This document shows, in pieces, positions 1-8,917 of a stretch of DNA of 64,000 bases. The notes beneath the pieces are model-generated. The model was not told the origin of the DNA. It made no database searches and saw only the letters and a program-made list of their open reading frames with translations. The stretch is taken from assembly GCA_051532055.1 (NCBI GenBank), contig JAOPTX010000007.1, forward strand, positions 128,001 through 192,000, written 5' to 3'. This stretch comes from Fibrobacterales bacterium. GTDB lineage: Bacteria; Fibrobacterota; Fibrobacteria; Fibrobacterales; JAOPTW01. The translations under genes and the position numbers were made by a program. Position 1 is the first letter of the stretch; each line of letters starts with the position of its first letter.

Positions 1-1326
1 ACCAAAAAAAGTAAGAGCCTTAACGGAATAAATCGACGCCGGGATCATACCTTCCGGATTCTTCGGCATGAAAAAGTTAAACCCAATGGTTTCAGCATAA
101 AAATTAGGCATACACTCATCTTGAGGACCCGACAAATGGCAACCTGGGCACGCTGAACCACCCCCAAAATTATGCCCTGCAATATTTACCGCTGTTTGAC
201 CAGGAATATCTATGGCGTGAAAACTCCCGCCCATATCGCTCGGCGATACTTCTGCACGACACCACTCCGGCTGCATTACACGACCAGACTCGATTACAAT
301 ACCACTTGCATCAAAATTACACACATTGAGCCCACCCATCTGACGTGAACTCATATCGAGAGCATTGAGCGCATCCATACCCTCCGAGCCAGTAAAACCT
401 CCCTGAGCCACACCCACATAGGTTAATTTATAGGAATCATTTTTCATGATTTCCATTAAAAAACTCATTACCGACAACATGAGAAAGTTTTTATCATGCT
501 CAGACTCATTACGATAATTAAAGGTGTAATTCAGACCTGTTTCAAAAGCACCTCCCTCCGGAACGGTAATCATATTCGAGCCACCACCAACGGTAAATTG
601 ATCGCCATGATATGCAGTCACACCACCAAAGAGCTCCACTAAATAAATATACGCCAACTGCTCTTGAGTAATAAAAACATAACCCTTTTCAACGAGAGCC
701 GCGCCGCCTTGAATATCAATCCACGGAAGCTCCCCCTGGGCATAGCCTTTAAAAGGACTCCCCGCAGCAAGATTGCGCGCCCAATCATTTAACGCATCTA
801 TTTCAGCATCACTCCAAGAGAACCCTTCCGGAAATGCATAAAACCCCTCATTCAGAACTCTATGAAAATCCACCTCCTGAGGGTCAATAGATATCGTCAC
901 TTTTTTAGGCTCAGGGTAGATAAAAAACATCCCCGGCTCCACGGTACTCTCTAAATAAACTGAAGATGAACTCTGCCCTGAACTTATACTCTCTCCACTT
1001 GAATGCAACACCGTAGACGATCCCGCACTTACCGAACTTTCGTTTTTACTATCCGAGCTCCCAATCAACGAATCACCTGAAGAACTGTACTGGGTATCCT
1101 TAAGCGATGAACTGCGCTGCCCTTCTGAACTGACAGATTCTGATTGGGACAACTCAGAGTCATCACTCAACTGAGTCTCACTCGACTCAAAGACTTCAGA
1201 CGATACACCTTCATCACTACTCTGTGATCTACTCTCAATCCGACCAACATCTTGACTACATGATATCATGAAAAAAACTAAGCAAAAAGCTAAAACACAA
1301 TAGTTGACGCTAACGAGATACTTCAT
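1..1326 (-). CDS. Lipoprotein with long Ser-rich linker and a CxxCH motif (3' end runs off the window)
   Basis: Absent from the ORF track. Manual translation from the ATG at 1326 (GAGGGGG RBS upstream) is open to base 1: MKYLVSVNYCVLAFCLVFFMIS-C lipobox, about 100-aa Ser-rich segment, globular region with CPGCH at 136-150. Confidence 0.8.
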   Translation of the reverse strand, partial: MKYLVSVNYCVLAFCLVFFMISCSQDVGRIESRSQSSDEGVSSEVFESSETQLSDDSELSQSESVSSEGQRSSSLKDTQYSSSGDSLIGSSDSKNESSVSAGSSTVLHSSGESISSGQSSSSVYLESTVEPGMFFIYPEPKKVTISIDPQEVDFHRVLNEGFYAFPEGFSWSDAEIDALNDWARNLAAGSPFKGYAQGELPWIDIQGGAALVEKGYVFITQEQLAYIYLVELFGGVTAYHGDQFTVGGGSNMITVPEGGAFETGLNYTFNYRNESEHDKNFLMLSVMSFLMEIMKNDSYKLTYVGVAQGGFTGSEGMDALNALDMSSRQMGGLNVCNFDASGIVIESGRVMQPEWCRAEVSPSDMGGSFHAIDIPGQTAVNIAGHNFGGGSACPGCHLSGPQDECMPNFYAETIGFNFFMPKNPEGMIPASIYSVKALTFFG

Positions 1327-1445
1327 TTACCCCCCTCATGGTATGTAGGTAATATATACTAATTTCTCATAATGTACAATTAACATAATGTATAATCAAT
1401 CAACAAAAACCATCAAAAACAGCTCCAAACCCCCTAAGAGAGCAC

Positions 1446-4400
1446 TTATGCCACAATACTACACCCTGGGCCATCCAGCACACTTTTCCCACCTTCAATT
1501 GAAGTGACAACGATTTGAGTTTCTATACGCGCTTTGAGTGCTGGAACATGAGATATTACCCCAATGAGCTTCCCCTCTTCATGCAACCCTGACAATGCAT
1601 TCAAGGCAACCTCAAGAGAGTCTTCATCAAGTGTGCCAAAACCCTCATCCAAGAAAAGAGAATCAATGCGCACTCGTTTACTCGCCATCTTTGAAAGCCC
1701 TAAGGCAAGAGCTAAGCTTACAATAAAACTCTCTCCTCCAGAGAGGTTTTTTGTGGAGCGTTCAACACACCCTTGATGCGCATCGATAACATTAAGCTCA
1801 AGTGGCTTTTCTGCATCACGAACCAACAAATAACGATCACTCATGTTTTGAAGTTGCGTATTAGCATGACCTATCATAACTTCAAAAGTGAGTCCCTGTG
1901 CAAAATCACGATACTTTTTTCCATCATTTGATCCAATATACAAATGCAATGTATTCCAACGATCACACTCTCTCTTTTGGGCAGCGATTGCATCAGCACC
2001 ACCAGCAAGCAACGCCTTCTGCTCTTCATTCACTGAGAGTTTATTCTGCGCTTCACCCACTTGTTTCTGTAGTGCCGCAATACTTTCTGCTCGCTGCGCC
2101 CTCTCCCCTGTCAACATCTCAAGTGTCATTTCTGAGTTACAACGCGCTTGTTTGTTTTTTATGGAAGCCTCAAGTTCTTCAATAACCGAATGAATACGAA
2201 CTCGTTCATCATTCAAAGCCTTCCCCTGACTTTTTAATTCTCGCAATGTATCAGGCGCAATCCGTATGGATACAAACTGCTCTTCTGAATCAATCCCCAA
2301 CAGCTGTATAGCCTGTATCAGCTGTTCACTCTGTTGAGCTATCAACAACTGATGCTCTGATATTAATTGAGCATTACTATTTAACCGCACCTCAACTTCA
2401 TTACTCAATCTGGCAGCTCCATCCCTTTTTTGACGCGCCTGTTCAAGTAACAAATCTAGTTTCTTCTCTTCTGTTCTTAATAGCCTTTCTTCTTCTAGAC
2501 ACACCTTCGAACCAAAGATCTCTACACGCTGACTTTGAACCTCTTGAAGGCCTACTGTAGCAGCTTCGACAAGCATCTCTTTATCTACGCACCCTTGAGC
2601 CAACTGAGCAGCCTGAGTATCACACCCTTGTAAATCGGCATTGAGTTGTACCAATCTATTTTGCACTTGCCGTTCTTTCACCTGACCCGCATCCCAAAAC
2701 CGCCGACGATCCATCAGTTCTTTCTTGATCTCATCTATACTGGAAACATCAATGTCGCTATACCCATATTTATCTATTAGGACCCCCAACTCACGACACC
2801 CTTTATCTTGAATCCCTACTAATTCATCTACCTCGTCACTCATCCCTTTAAGAGATTCTTGATGATTTTTAATGGTCATCTCAAATTGACTGAGCTCCGA
2901 CTGACACTTTTGTACTTCAAGAATCAAACGTGATTCACTAACCTTCAATTCCTGCTCTTTAGTATTCAACTGCTGTATCACCGTCATCCGCTCTTGAACT
3001 GAAGTAATCATCACTTCAGTTACACTCGGTTCCGGCACATTCCCTAATGCCCATGGGTGCTCTTGAGCACCACACAACGGGCACTCTTTTCCATCTTCAA
3101 GCTTTCTCCGTTCATCCTCAAGATGAACCACTTGCAACTGAAATTGTTTCAGTTCACTTAAATGTTGTAATTCACGCCCATACTCTTCAAGCTCTTTACC
3201 TGCAAGCTGCCGCACCCTCTGCTCTATCACATAGCCGACCTGATCTCCACACTCAGACACCTTATTTTCAGCCCTATTTAAACTCTGATTCAACTGCTCA
3301 TGATACTCAGCCTGCTGCTCTGTATTTCGTTCTTGTGACGCTAATCGTTCTTTTTGTGCCGCAATCTTTTGCGATCCTTCTCTCATTCTATTCATCAGTA
3401 AGTCTATGACTGCTAGTTCAGAGCTTAATACCCCATCATCAGGATGTTCAGCCAAATATATCTGAACTTTCTCAAGCTCCTCAACTTGGAGCCTTCGTTC
3501 CTGCTGAACCTCTTTTTGTCGAACCATTTGCTCAGCCTGCTTCTTCTGATGTTGTTGCAACTCATTGTCACGACTCTTTACAGCCTCCGTGCGTTCATGC
3601 AGTAATCGATCAAGAGCTGTCACCTCCACAATAAGACCTCTCATGTCCTTTGCCTTGGCTACAAACACACTCTGAGCATGTTGAGCCTCAGCGAACGCCA
3701 ATTCACTCTGAGCACCCTGTTCTTTAAGATTCGGCAGATCAAGCTCCAACCGAACTTTTTCTTTTTCATCACGCTGTAACTGTATCCTGCGCGCCTGAAG
3801 AGTACTATAAAGCCCTTCATACTCTTGAGCCTTTTCAGCTCGTTCAATCTTTTTCTCTTGAGATGAAAACCGCTCAGTTTCAACACTATTCTTTTCTCGT
3901 AGCCCCTTTTGCTCTTCAAAATTTTTAAGTAGTTGAGCTACCTCTGTACACCTCTGTATCTCTTCTATAACTTCTTGCTCACGTATTTTTTCTTTATCAG
4001 CTAACTCTTGCGCATTCTTACACTGAGCCTGTAACTCACTCTCTGCTTCAGTACTCAAAATAGAAATGTGTTTTGTATTCGACTCAAGATCTTCAAGGGA
4101 AGACCGCTCTACAGACCGTCGACGATGCACCTCTTTTGAAATATCCGAATAAAGGTCTGTACCAGTAATTTGCTCTAATATAACCGAGCGATCATCAGAG
4201 GTCGATTTTAAAAATGCAGCAAAATCACCTTGAGCCAACAATATAGAACGAGTAAATCGTTTAAAATCAAGTCCCGTACATTGCTCAATATACGCCGCAA
4301 CATTTTTTTTCTTGTCTTCTAAAATCGTGCCTTCACCATCAGAAACAGTATGAGTATAATCCTGAAGCTTACCTGCAGCATTCCCCCTTGAGCGACGCTG

Positions 4401-4694
4401 TTTCCATGACGCCCTATACAAACCCTCTTGTGTTTCAAAAAGAACCTCTGCACCACATTCTGCTGTATGCCGAGAAAGAATTTCATTTCCACCCGTTTTA
4501 TTAACCGTTTCAAGACGAGGTGTACGTCCATAGAGTGCCAAAGATAAGGCATCTAAAATAGTTGATTTACCAGCCCCTGTCGGCCCTGTTATTGCAAATA
4601 TTCCATGCACCAAAAATTCAGGATCTTGAAAGTCAATAACCCAATCACCATAAAGAGAATTTAAATTTTTAAAACGCAGTTCATGAATCTTCAT
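1446..4694 (-). CDS. sbcC: SbcC/Rad50-like SMC ATPase (exonuclease subunit C)
   Basis: Walker A GPTGAGKS, long coiled coil with CPLC zinc hook, LSGGE signature, LFLDEGFGTLD Walker B, ISH motif; adjacent to sbcD. Confidence 0.97.
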   Translation of the reverse strand: MKIHELRFKNLNSLYGDWVIDFQDPEFLVHGIFAITGPTGAGKSTILDALSLALYGRTPRLETVNKTGGNEILSRHTAECGAEVLFETQEGLYRASWKQRRSRGNAAGKLQDYTHTVSDGEGTILEDKKKNVAAYIEQCTGLDFKRFTRSILLAQGDFAAFLKSTSDDRSVILEQITGTDLYSDISKEVHRRRSVERSSLEDLESNTKHISILSTEAESELQAQCKNAQELADKEKIREQEVIEEIQRCTEVAQLLKNFEEQKGLREKNSVETERFSSQEKKIERAEKAQEYEGLYSTLQARRIQLQRDEKEKVRLELDLPNLKEQGAQSELAFAEAQHAQSVFVAKAKDMRGLIVEVTALDRLLHERTEAVKSRDNELQQHQKKQAEQMVRQKEVQQERRLQVEELEKVQIYLAEHPDDGVLSSELAVIDLLMNRMREGSQKIAAQKERLASQERNTEQQAEYHEQLNQSLNRAENKVSECGDQVGYVIEQRVRQLAGKELEEYGRELQHLSELKQFQLQVVHLEDERRKLEDGKECPLCGAQEHPWALGNVPEPSVTEVMITSVQERMTVIQQLNTKEQELKVSESRLILEVQKCQSELSQFEMTIKNHQESLKGMSDEVDELVGIQDKGCRELGVLIDKYGYSDIDVSSIDEIKKELMDRRRFWDAGQVKERQVQNRLVQLNADLQGCDTQAAQLAQGCVDKEMLVEAATVGLQEVQSQRVEIFGSKVCLEEERLLRTEEKKLDLLLEQARQKRDGAARLSNEVEVRLNSNAQLISEHQLLIAQQSEQLIQAIQLLGIDSEEQFVSIRIAPDTLRELKSQGKALNDERVRIHSVIEELEASIKNKQARCNSEMTLEMLTGERAQRAESIAALQKQVGEAQNKLSVNEEQKALLAGGADAIAAQKRECDRWNTLHLYIGSNDGKKYRDFAQGLTFEVMIGHANTQLQNMSDRYLLVRDAEKPLELNVIDAHQGCVERSTKNLSGGESFIVSLALALGLSKMASKRVRIDSLFLDEGFGTLDEDSLEVALNALSGLHEEGKLIGVISHVPALKARIETQIVVTSIEGGKSVLDGPGCSIVA

Positions 4695-4697
4695 ATA

Positions 4698-5927
4698 CTA
4701 CTCCGCCCGTATATCTGTTTCGTGAAGTGTTGATACTGCTTCGATATAAGTCGCCAACAATGCCTCATGTTCACTCTGATCCACTTCTTTAATTTCGAGC
4801 AATTTTTTAAACACCTCAATATCACTGAGCTCATCGAGTACTTCTTGTGCAGCAGTTCTGTGAAGCACCGACTCAACTACCCGTCTATTCTTTACTAAGA
4901 GCACTGCTAAACTGCTTTCTACAACACACTCTACTACTTGTTCATTTAAATCTGGCACCGTTGCAGCCCCCGTATACTCAACCTCAATCCACGCAGCACT
5001 CTCTGCCGCTTTTAATCTATCAATAGCTAACTCTATCTCTTCAAGGGTACCCGATATTCGCTCTAGCGCCTGAAACACAGGTACCGATTGTTCTTCAATA
5101 GTTGGACGGCTTCCTTCAAATGATACAACAATAATTTGCTTATCCTGATACGCTTCACCAAACCCCATGGCAAGTGGAGAACCACAATAGCGAAAATGCT
5201 CAACTCCACCTACTTTTTGTGGTACATGTAAATGCCCGAGAGCCAAATAATCGATACAGTCTGGAAATGCCTCCGCACCAATATGTCCTAAATTGCCCAC
5301 ATAGAGATCGCGCACACCATCACCATCAACAGTAGAGCCACCTGCAGCAAAAAGATGCCCCATCCCTATCAGTGGTACCGCCTTTGAATATTGACTCATG
5401 CGTTTCATTGCAACATCGCACACTTCAGCATAATGTCGCTTGACCCCCTCGACCAATTTTCGTTGTTTGTCATCTACCGACTCACCCGCTTCAACCTTTC
5501 GTATATCACGATCACGCAAATAAGGTACAGCACACACTACAGCTTCTACAGTGCCATTCTCAGAATATAATTCAATAATTTCATCTTCTCTATTCTCGGT
5601 CACCGATCCAATAATATGGACATCAAGTAGATAAAGAAGCTCTTTGGGCGCATTAAGAAGTGAAGCCGAATCATGATTCCCTCCAATAATTACCACATGA
5701 CGACATGGAGTCTTCGAGACCTCAACTAAAAAAGTGTAATAAAGCTTTAGAGCACGATTACTCGGCGCAATTGTATCAAACACATCACCTGCAATTAAAA
5801 GAGCATCAATTTCCTGTACAACAATTTGCTGTACAACCCAAGTCAAAAATGCCTGATATTCGTCATAGCGTTTTTTTCTATGGAGTGAATGACCTATATG
5901 CCAATCTGATGTATGGAGAACTCTCAT
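4698..5927 (-). CDS. sbcD: SbcD/Mre11-like nuclease subunit
   Basis: Metallophosphoesterase motifs LHTSDWHIG, IAGDVFD, GNHDS, ALGHLH, YCGSP. Confidence 0.97.
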   Translation of the reverse strand: MRVLHTSDWHIGHSLHRKKRYDEYQAFLTWVVQQIVVQEIDALLIAGDVFDTIAPSNRALKLYYTFLVEVSKTPCRHVVIIGGNHDSASLLNAPKELLYLLDVHIIGSVTENREDEIIELYSENGTVEAVVCAVPYLRDRDIRKVEAGESVDDKQRKLVEGVKRHYAEVCDVAMKRMSQYSKAVPLIGMGHLFAAGGSTVDGDGVRDLYVGNLGHIGAEAFPDCIDYLALGHLHVPQKVGGVEHFRYCGSPLAMGFGEAYQDKQIIVVSFEGSRPTIEEQSVPVFQALERISGTLEEIELAIDRLKAAESAAWIEVEYTGAATVPDLNEQVVECVVESSLAVLLVKNRRVVESVLHRTAAQEVLDELSDIEVFKKLLEIKEVDQSEHEALLATYIEAVSTLHETDIRAE

Positions 5928-6479
5928 GGGCCCCTTTAACTCGTTCTATTTTATAATTATCAAATATAGAAAAGAAGCGAGACAGTTTTTGTCCCTCTAG
6001 AGATTCAATACAACTATCCAGTACTTTGATTCAACCAACTACAATGAAGGTAGACCCGTGCTCACAAAGTGTGAACGATTAATAGGCAACTGACTAATAA
6101 TCCATTTTAAATGAGCTCACCGCAATCTACTTTGTTAATAGAGCTTACAACCAACTAAGAATATGACCGACTCATTTAAAGAGAAACCCCTTGTTGAAAA
6201 CATAAAGCTACAAGCCAGAAAGATTAAAACTTGGGTAATTGAACAATTATTTTACTCTATATAGCCATAGAGCCCTGTGACAATGATCACTTTGAGTACG
6301 CTTTTGGAACGTTCAATTGTAATATTTAAAGTAACAGTATTGAATTCTTCCGGTGAAAATTTATCATTGAGATATCCGGTTTGGGGAGGGAATTATTTTA
6401 CACCTAAGAATCGGATGATTTTTGGTAGGGCATAAGCCGTTGAACTCTGAACGCTCTATTTAAAAATCATAAATACTTG

Positions 6480-6506
6480 AAAAGCGGAATACTATTCCGC
6501 TTTTTT
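6480..6506. terminator. Intrinsic terminator-like hairpin (probably bidirectional)
   Basis: AAAAGCGGAAT-act-ATTCCGCTTTTTT perfect inverted repeat with A/T tails. Confidence 0.7.
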
Positions 6507-6514
6507 ATTTCCAT

Positions 6515-6546
6515 AAAAAAAGCCCATCCAACAATAGGACGGGCTT
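6515..6546 (-). terminator. Intrinsic terminator of the SulP gene
   Basis: Minus strand AAGCCCGTCC-tattgtt-GGATGGGCTTTTTTT (one G-U pair), about 30 nt after the SulP stop. Confidence 0.8.
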
Positions 6547-6574
6547 CTTATAAGCTTTTCATTAACTTCTTTAC

Positions 6575-8110
6575 TTATTGACCAAGATCATCACTCAATA
6601 CTTTGTATGTCGGATCTTCTTTCACATTCACTTCAATAAGCGCTTCTGCATTTTTAAGGAGTTTACGACAATCAGTACTGAGATGCTTTATATGTACTGT
6701 TTTACCCACTTTAAGATAGCGCTCAGTCAATTTATTCAGCGCCTCAATTGCGGACATATCAACAATACGACTCTCTTCAAAATCAATCTCAACATCTTGT
6801 GGATCATTGAGAATATCAAATTTCTCATTAAATGCGGTGATTGAACCAAAGAACAGAGGGCCATAAATCTCGTAATGCTTAACCCCTTTTTCATCAACAT
6901 ATTTTCGTGCACGAATACGTACTGCACTATCCCACGCAAAAACGAGAGCCGAAATAATGACCCCAACAATTACTGCAAGAGCCAAATTGTGTAGGAAGAC
7001 TGTTACGAGAGTCACCATGATCATTACAAAAATATCAGAGTTTGGCATTCTCTTAAAGGTTTTAAGACTCGCCCATTCAAAGGTTCCCACCGAAACCATA
7101 ATCATAAGTCCAGTCAATGCCGCCATAGGAAGCTGCTCTATGAGTGACGCCCCAAACATAATAAACATAAGAAGAAGTACTGCAGCAACTACTCCAGAAA
7201 CTCTCGAGCGAGCGCCGTTAGAGACATTGATCAAACTCTGGCCAATCATTGCACATCCACCCATTCCAGAAAACACTCCTGAAAGAATATTTGCCGCACC
7301 TTGCGCCACAGCCTCTTTGTTACCACGACCACGAGTCTCTGTAATTTCATCAACAATATTTAACGTCAATAGACTCTCAATAAGACCAACACCTGCCACT
7401 ATTGAAGCATATGGAAAAATAATGGTCAAGGTTTCCCAAGTAAAGGGAATTGCCGGAATATGAAACGGAGGGAACCCACCTTTAATAGAGGCAAGGTCAC
7501 CCACCGTTTTTGTATCAATATCGAAAATAACTACCACTCCGAAGACAAAAAGTATTGCAGTAAGTGCAGAAGGAATTGATTTATTCAATTTAGGAAGCCC
7601 CCAAATAATCAATATCGCAACGCCAACCAAACCAAGCATGACAGCAAGCGGGCCGCCAGTTAACCACGAACCAGATCCATCTTTAAATTGATCGAGTTGT
7701 GACATAAAAATTATTATCGCAAGACCATTCACAAAACCAAAGATCACCGAATGAGGAACTAATCGCATCAGCTTACCGAGCCGCAAGCCACCAGCGAGCA
7801 CTTGAAATATCCCCGCAAGCACCACTGCCGCAAAGACATACTCAACACCATGATCTTTTACCAAAGAAACAATAACAACAGCAATTGCCCCTGTAGCCCC
7901 AGAAATCATCCCTGGACGCCCACCAAAAATAGAGGTCACCAAACCAAGAACAAACGCAGCATAGAGACCAGTGAGTGGAGATAGGCCGGCAATCATTGCA
8001 AATGCAACTGCTTCAGGAACCAATGCAAGCGCAACAGTCAACCCCGACAGCACTTCGGTCCTATAATTAATCTCTTTTGAAAACTTAAAAAGGTTTAAGT
8101 ACTTTTCCAT
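6575..8110 (-). CDS. SulP/SLC26 family inorganic anion transporter with STAS domain
   Basis: EVLSGLTVALALVPEAVAFA, GGRPGMISGATGA, many TM segments, C-terminal STAS (GPLFFGS...D.SAIEAL). Confidence 0.95.
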   Translation of the reverse strand: MEKYLNLFKFSKEINYRTEVLSGLTVALALVPEAVAFAMIAGLSPLTGLYAAFVLGLVTSIFGGRPGMISGATGAIAVVIVSLVKDHGVEYVFAAVVLAGIFQVLAGGLRLGKLMRLVPHSVIFGFVNGLAIIIFMSQLDQFKDGSGSWLTGGPLAVMLGLVGVAILIIWGLPKLNKSIPSALTAILFVFGVVVIFDIDTKTVGDLASIKGGFPPFHIPAIPFTWETLTIIFPYASIVAGVGLIESLLTLNIVDEITETRGRGNKEAVAQGAANILSGVFSGMGGCAMIGQSLINVSNGARSRVSGVVAAVLLLMFIMFGASLIEQLPMAALTGLMIMVSVGTFEWASLKTFKRMPNSDIFVMIMVTLVTVFLHNLALAVIVGVIISALVFAWDSAVRIRARKYVDEKGVKHYEIYGPLFFGSITAFNEKFDILNDPQDVEIDFEESRIVDMSAIEALNKLTERYLKVGKTVHIKHLSTDCRKLLKNAEALIEVNVKEDPTYKVLSDDLGQ

Positions 8111-8184
8111 TATTCCCCCTGACTCAATGACAATTCAGGTAGTAGCTGAACTGCATTGCATGTGAATGTTTGGTGATTTCTCAT
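8110..8184 (-). CDS. Putative 24-aa leader peptide (uORF) whose stop overlaps the SulP start
   Basis: MRNHQTFTCNAVQLLPELSLSQGE*, with a TAATG overlap; begins 8 nt after a TATCTTTG motif and spans a hairpin at 8125-8158. Confidence 0.3.
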   Translation of the reverse strand: MRNHQTFTCNAVQLLPELSLSQGE

Positions 8185-8346
8185 CTGAGCGCAAAGATAG
8201 TTTATTCCATAACTATCTCAATAGAGACCCCTGATTAATCAAAACTCTTTACACCCTCAAAACCGTCCAAATTTATGACGTCCACCATTGTAAACTCAGA
8301 CAACCATTTATACCTTATACTTGATTCATTTGAGATCTACACTACT

Positions 8347-8769
8347 ATGCACACCATTATCACCGCTCAACCTCTTCATATGCCAGATATTGAAGTACTC
8401 CTCAACAATGGAAACCTTCCTATTCAAGACATTAACGACCCATCAATTACCTTTAAAATCGACAAAAACATCAACGGAGTCATTGGATATCAAAAATTTA
8501 CAAACAGCGCTCTCTTACGCTCACTTATGGTAAAAACAGAAGCCCAAAATAGAGGCATCGCCCAAAAACTTATCAATAGCGCCCTTAATGAGCTTAAATC
8601 TCTAAATATTGCATATGTGTACCTTTTAACCACAACAGCCCACACCTACTTTTCTCGTCATGGCTTTTATACAACATCACGTGAAGAGGCCCCTCTTGAA
8701 ATCACTACTACTGCTCAATTTCGTTCTATCTGCCCAGATTCCGCACATTTCATGTCAAAGCCCCTTTAA
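8347..8769 (+). CDS. GNAT acetyltransferase, ArsN2-like
   Basis: LLRSLMV...QNRGIAQKL acetyl-CoA motif, YLLTTTA..YF.RHGF, C-terminal AQFRSICPDSA. Start set to the ATG at 8347 (track start 8275). Confidence 0.8.
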   Translation: MHTIITAQPLHMPDIEVLLNNGNLPIQDINDPSITFKIDKNINGVIGYQKFTNSALLRSLMVKTEAQNRGIAQKLINSALNELKSLNIAYVYLLTTTAHTYFSRHGFYTTSREEAPLEITTTAQFRSICPDSAHFMSKPL

Positions 8770-8884
8770 CACCCGCCCTATCTACCTCGCCTTATTAAAT
8801 GTCGACAAAAGTAGCCTATTCTATATTATCATAGTATAATAGCTAAAGAATACCAGCCGCCTCACAATCCCTTTAAATATATGC

Positions 8885-8892
8885 TATCTTTG
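8885..8892 (+). promoter_or_regulatory. TAnnTTTG (-7-type) promoter element upstream of the DEAD-box helicase
   Basis: TATCTTTG 25 nt before the ATG. The same motif lies upstream of SulP (8192-8199, -), sbcD (5961-5968, -), pyk (29121-29128, -) and cobO (58929-58936, +). Confidence 0.55.
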
Positions 8893-8917
8893 CGTCACCT
8901 TAAAAAAAAGAGAAATA

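Noticed and set aside
1446..5927. SMC/nuclease anti-phage system
   Set aside because: Canonical sbcD-sbcC pair with a zinc hook and no accessory defence genes.
8347..8769. Arsenic resistance operon
   Set aside because: Only a lone ArsN2-like GNAT; no arsR, arsC or acr3 nearby.
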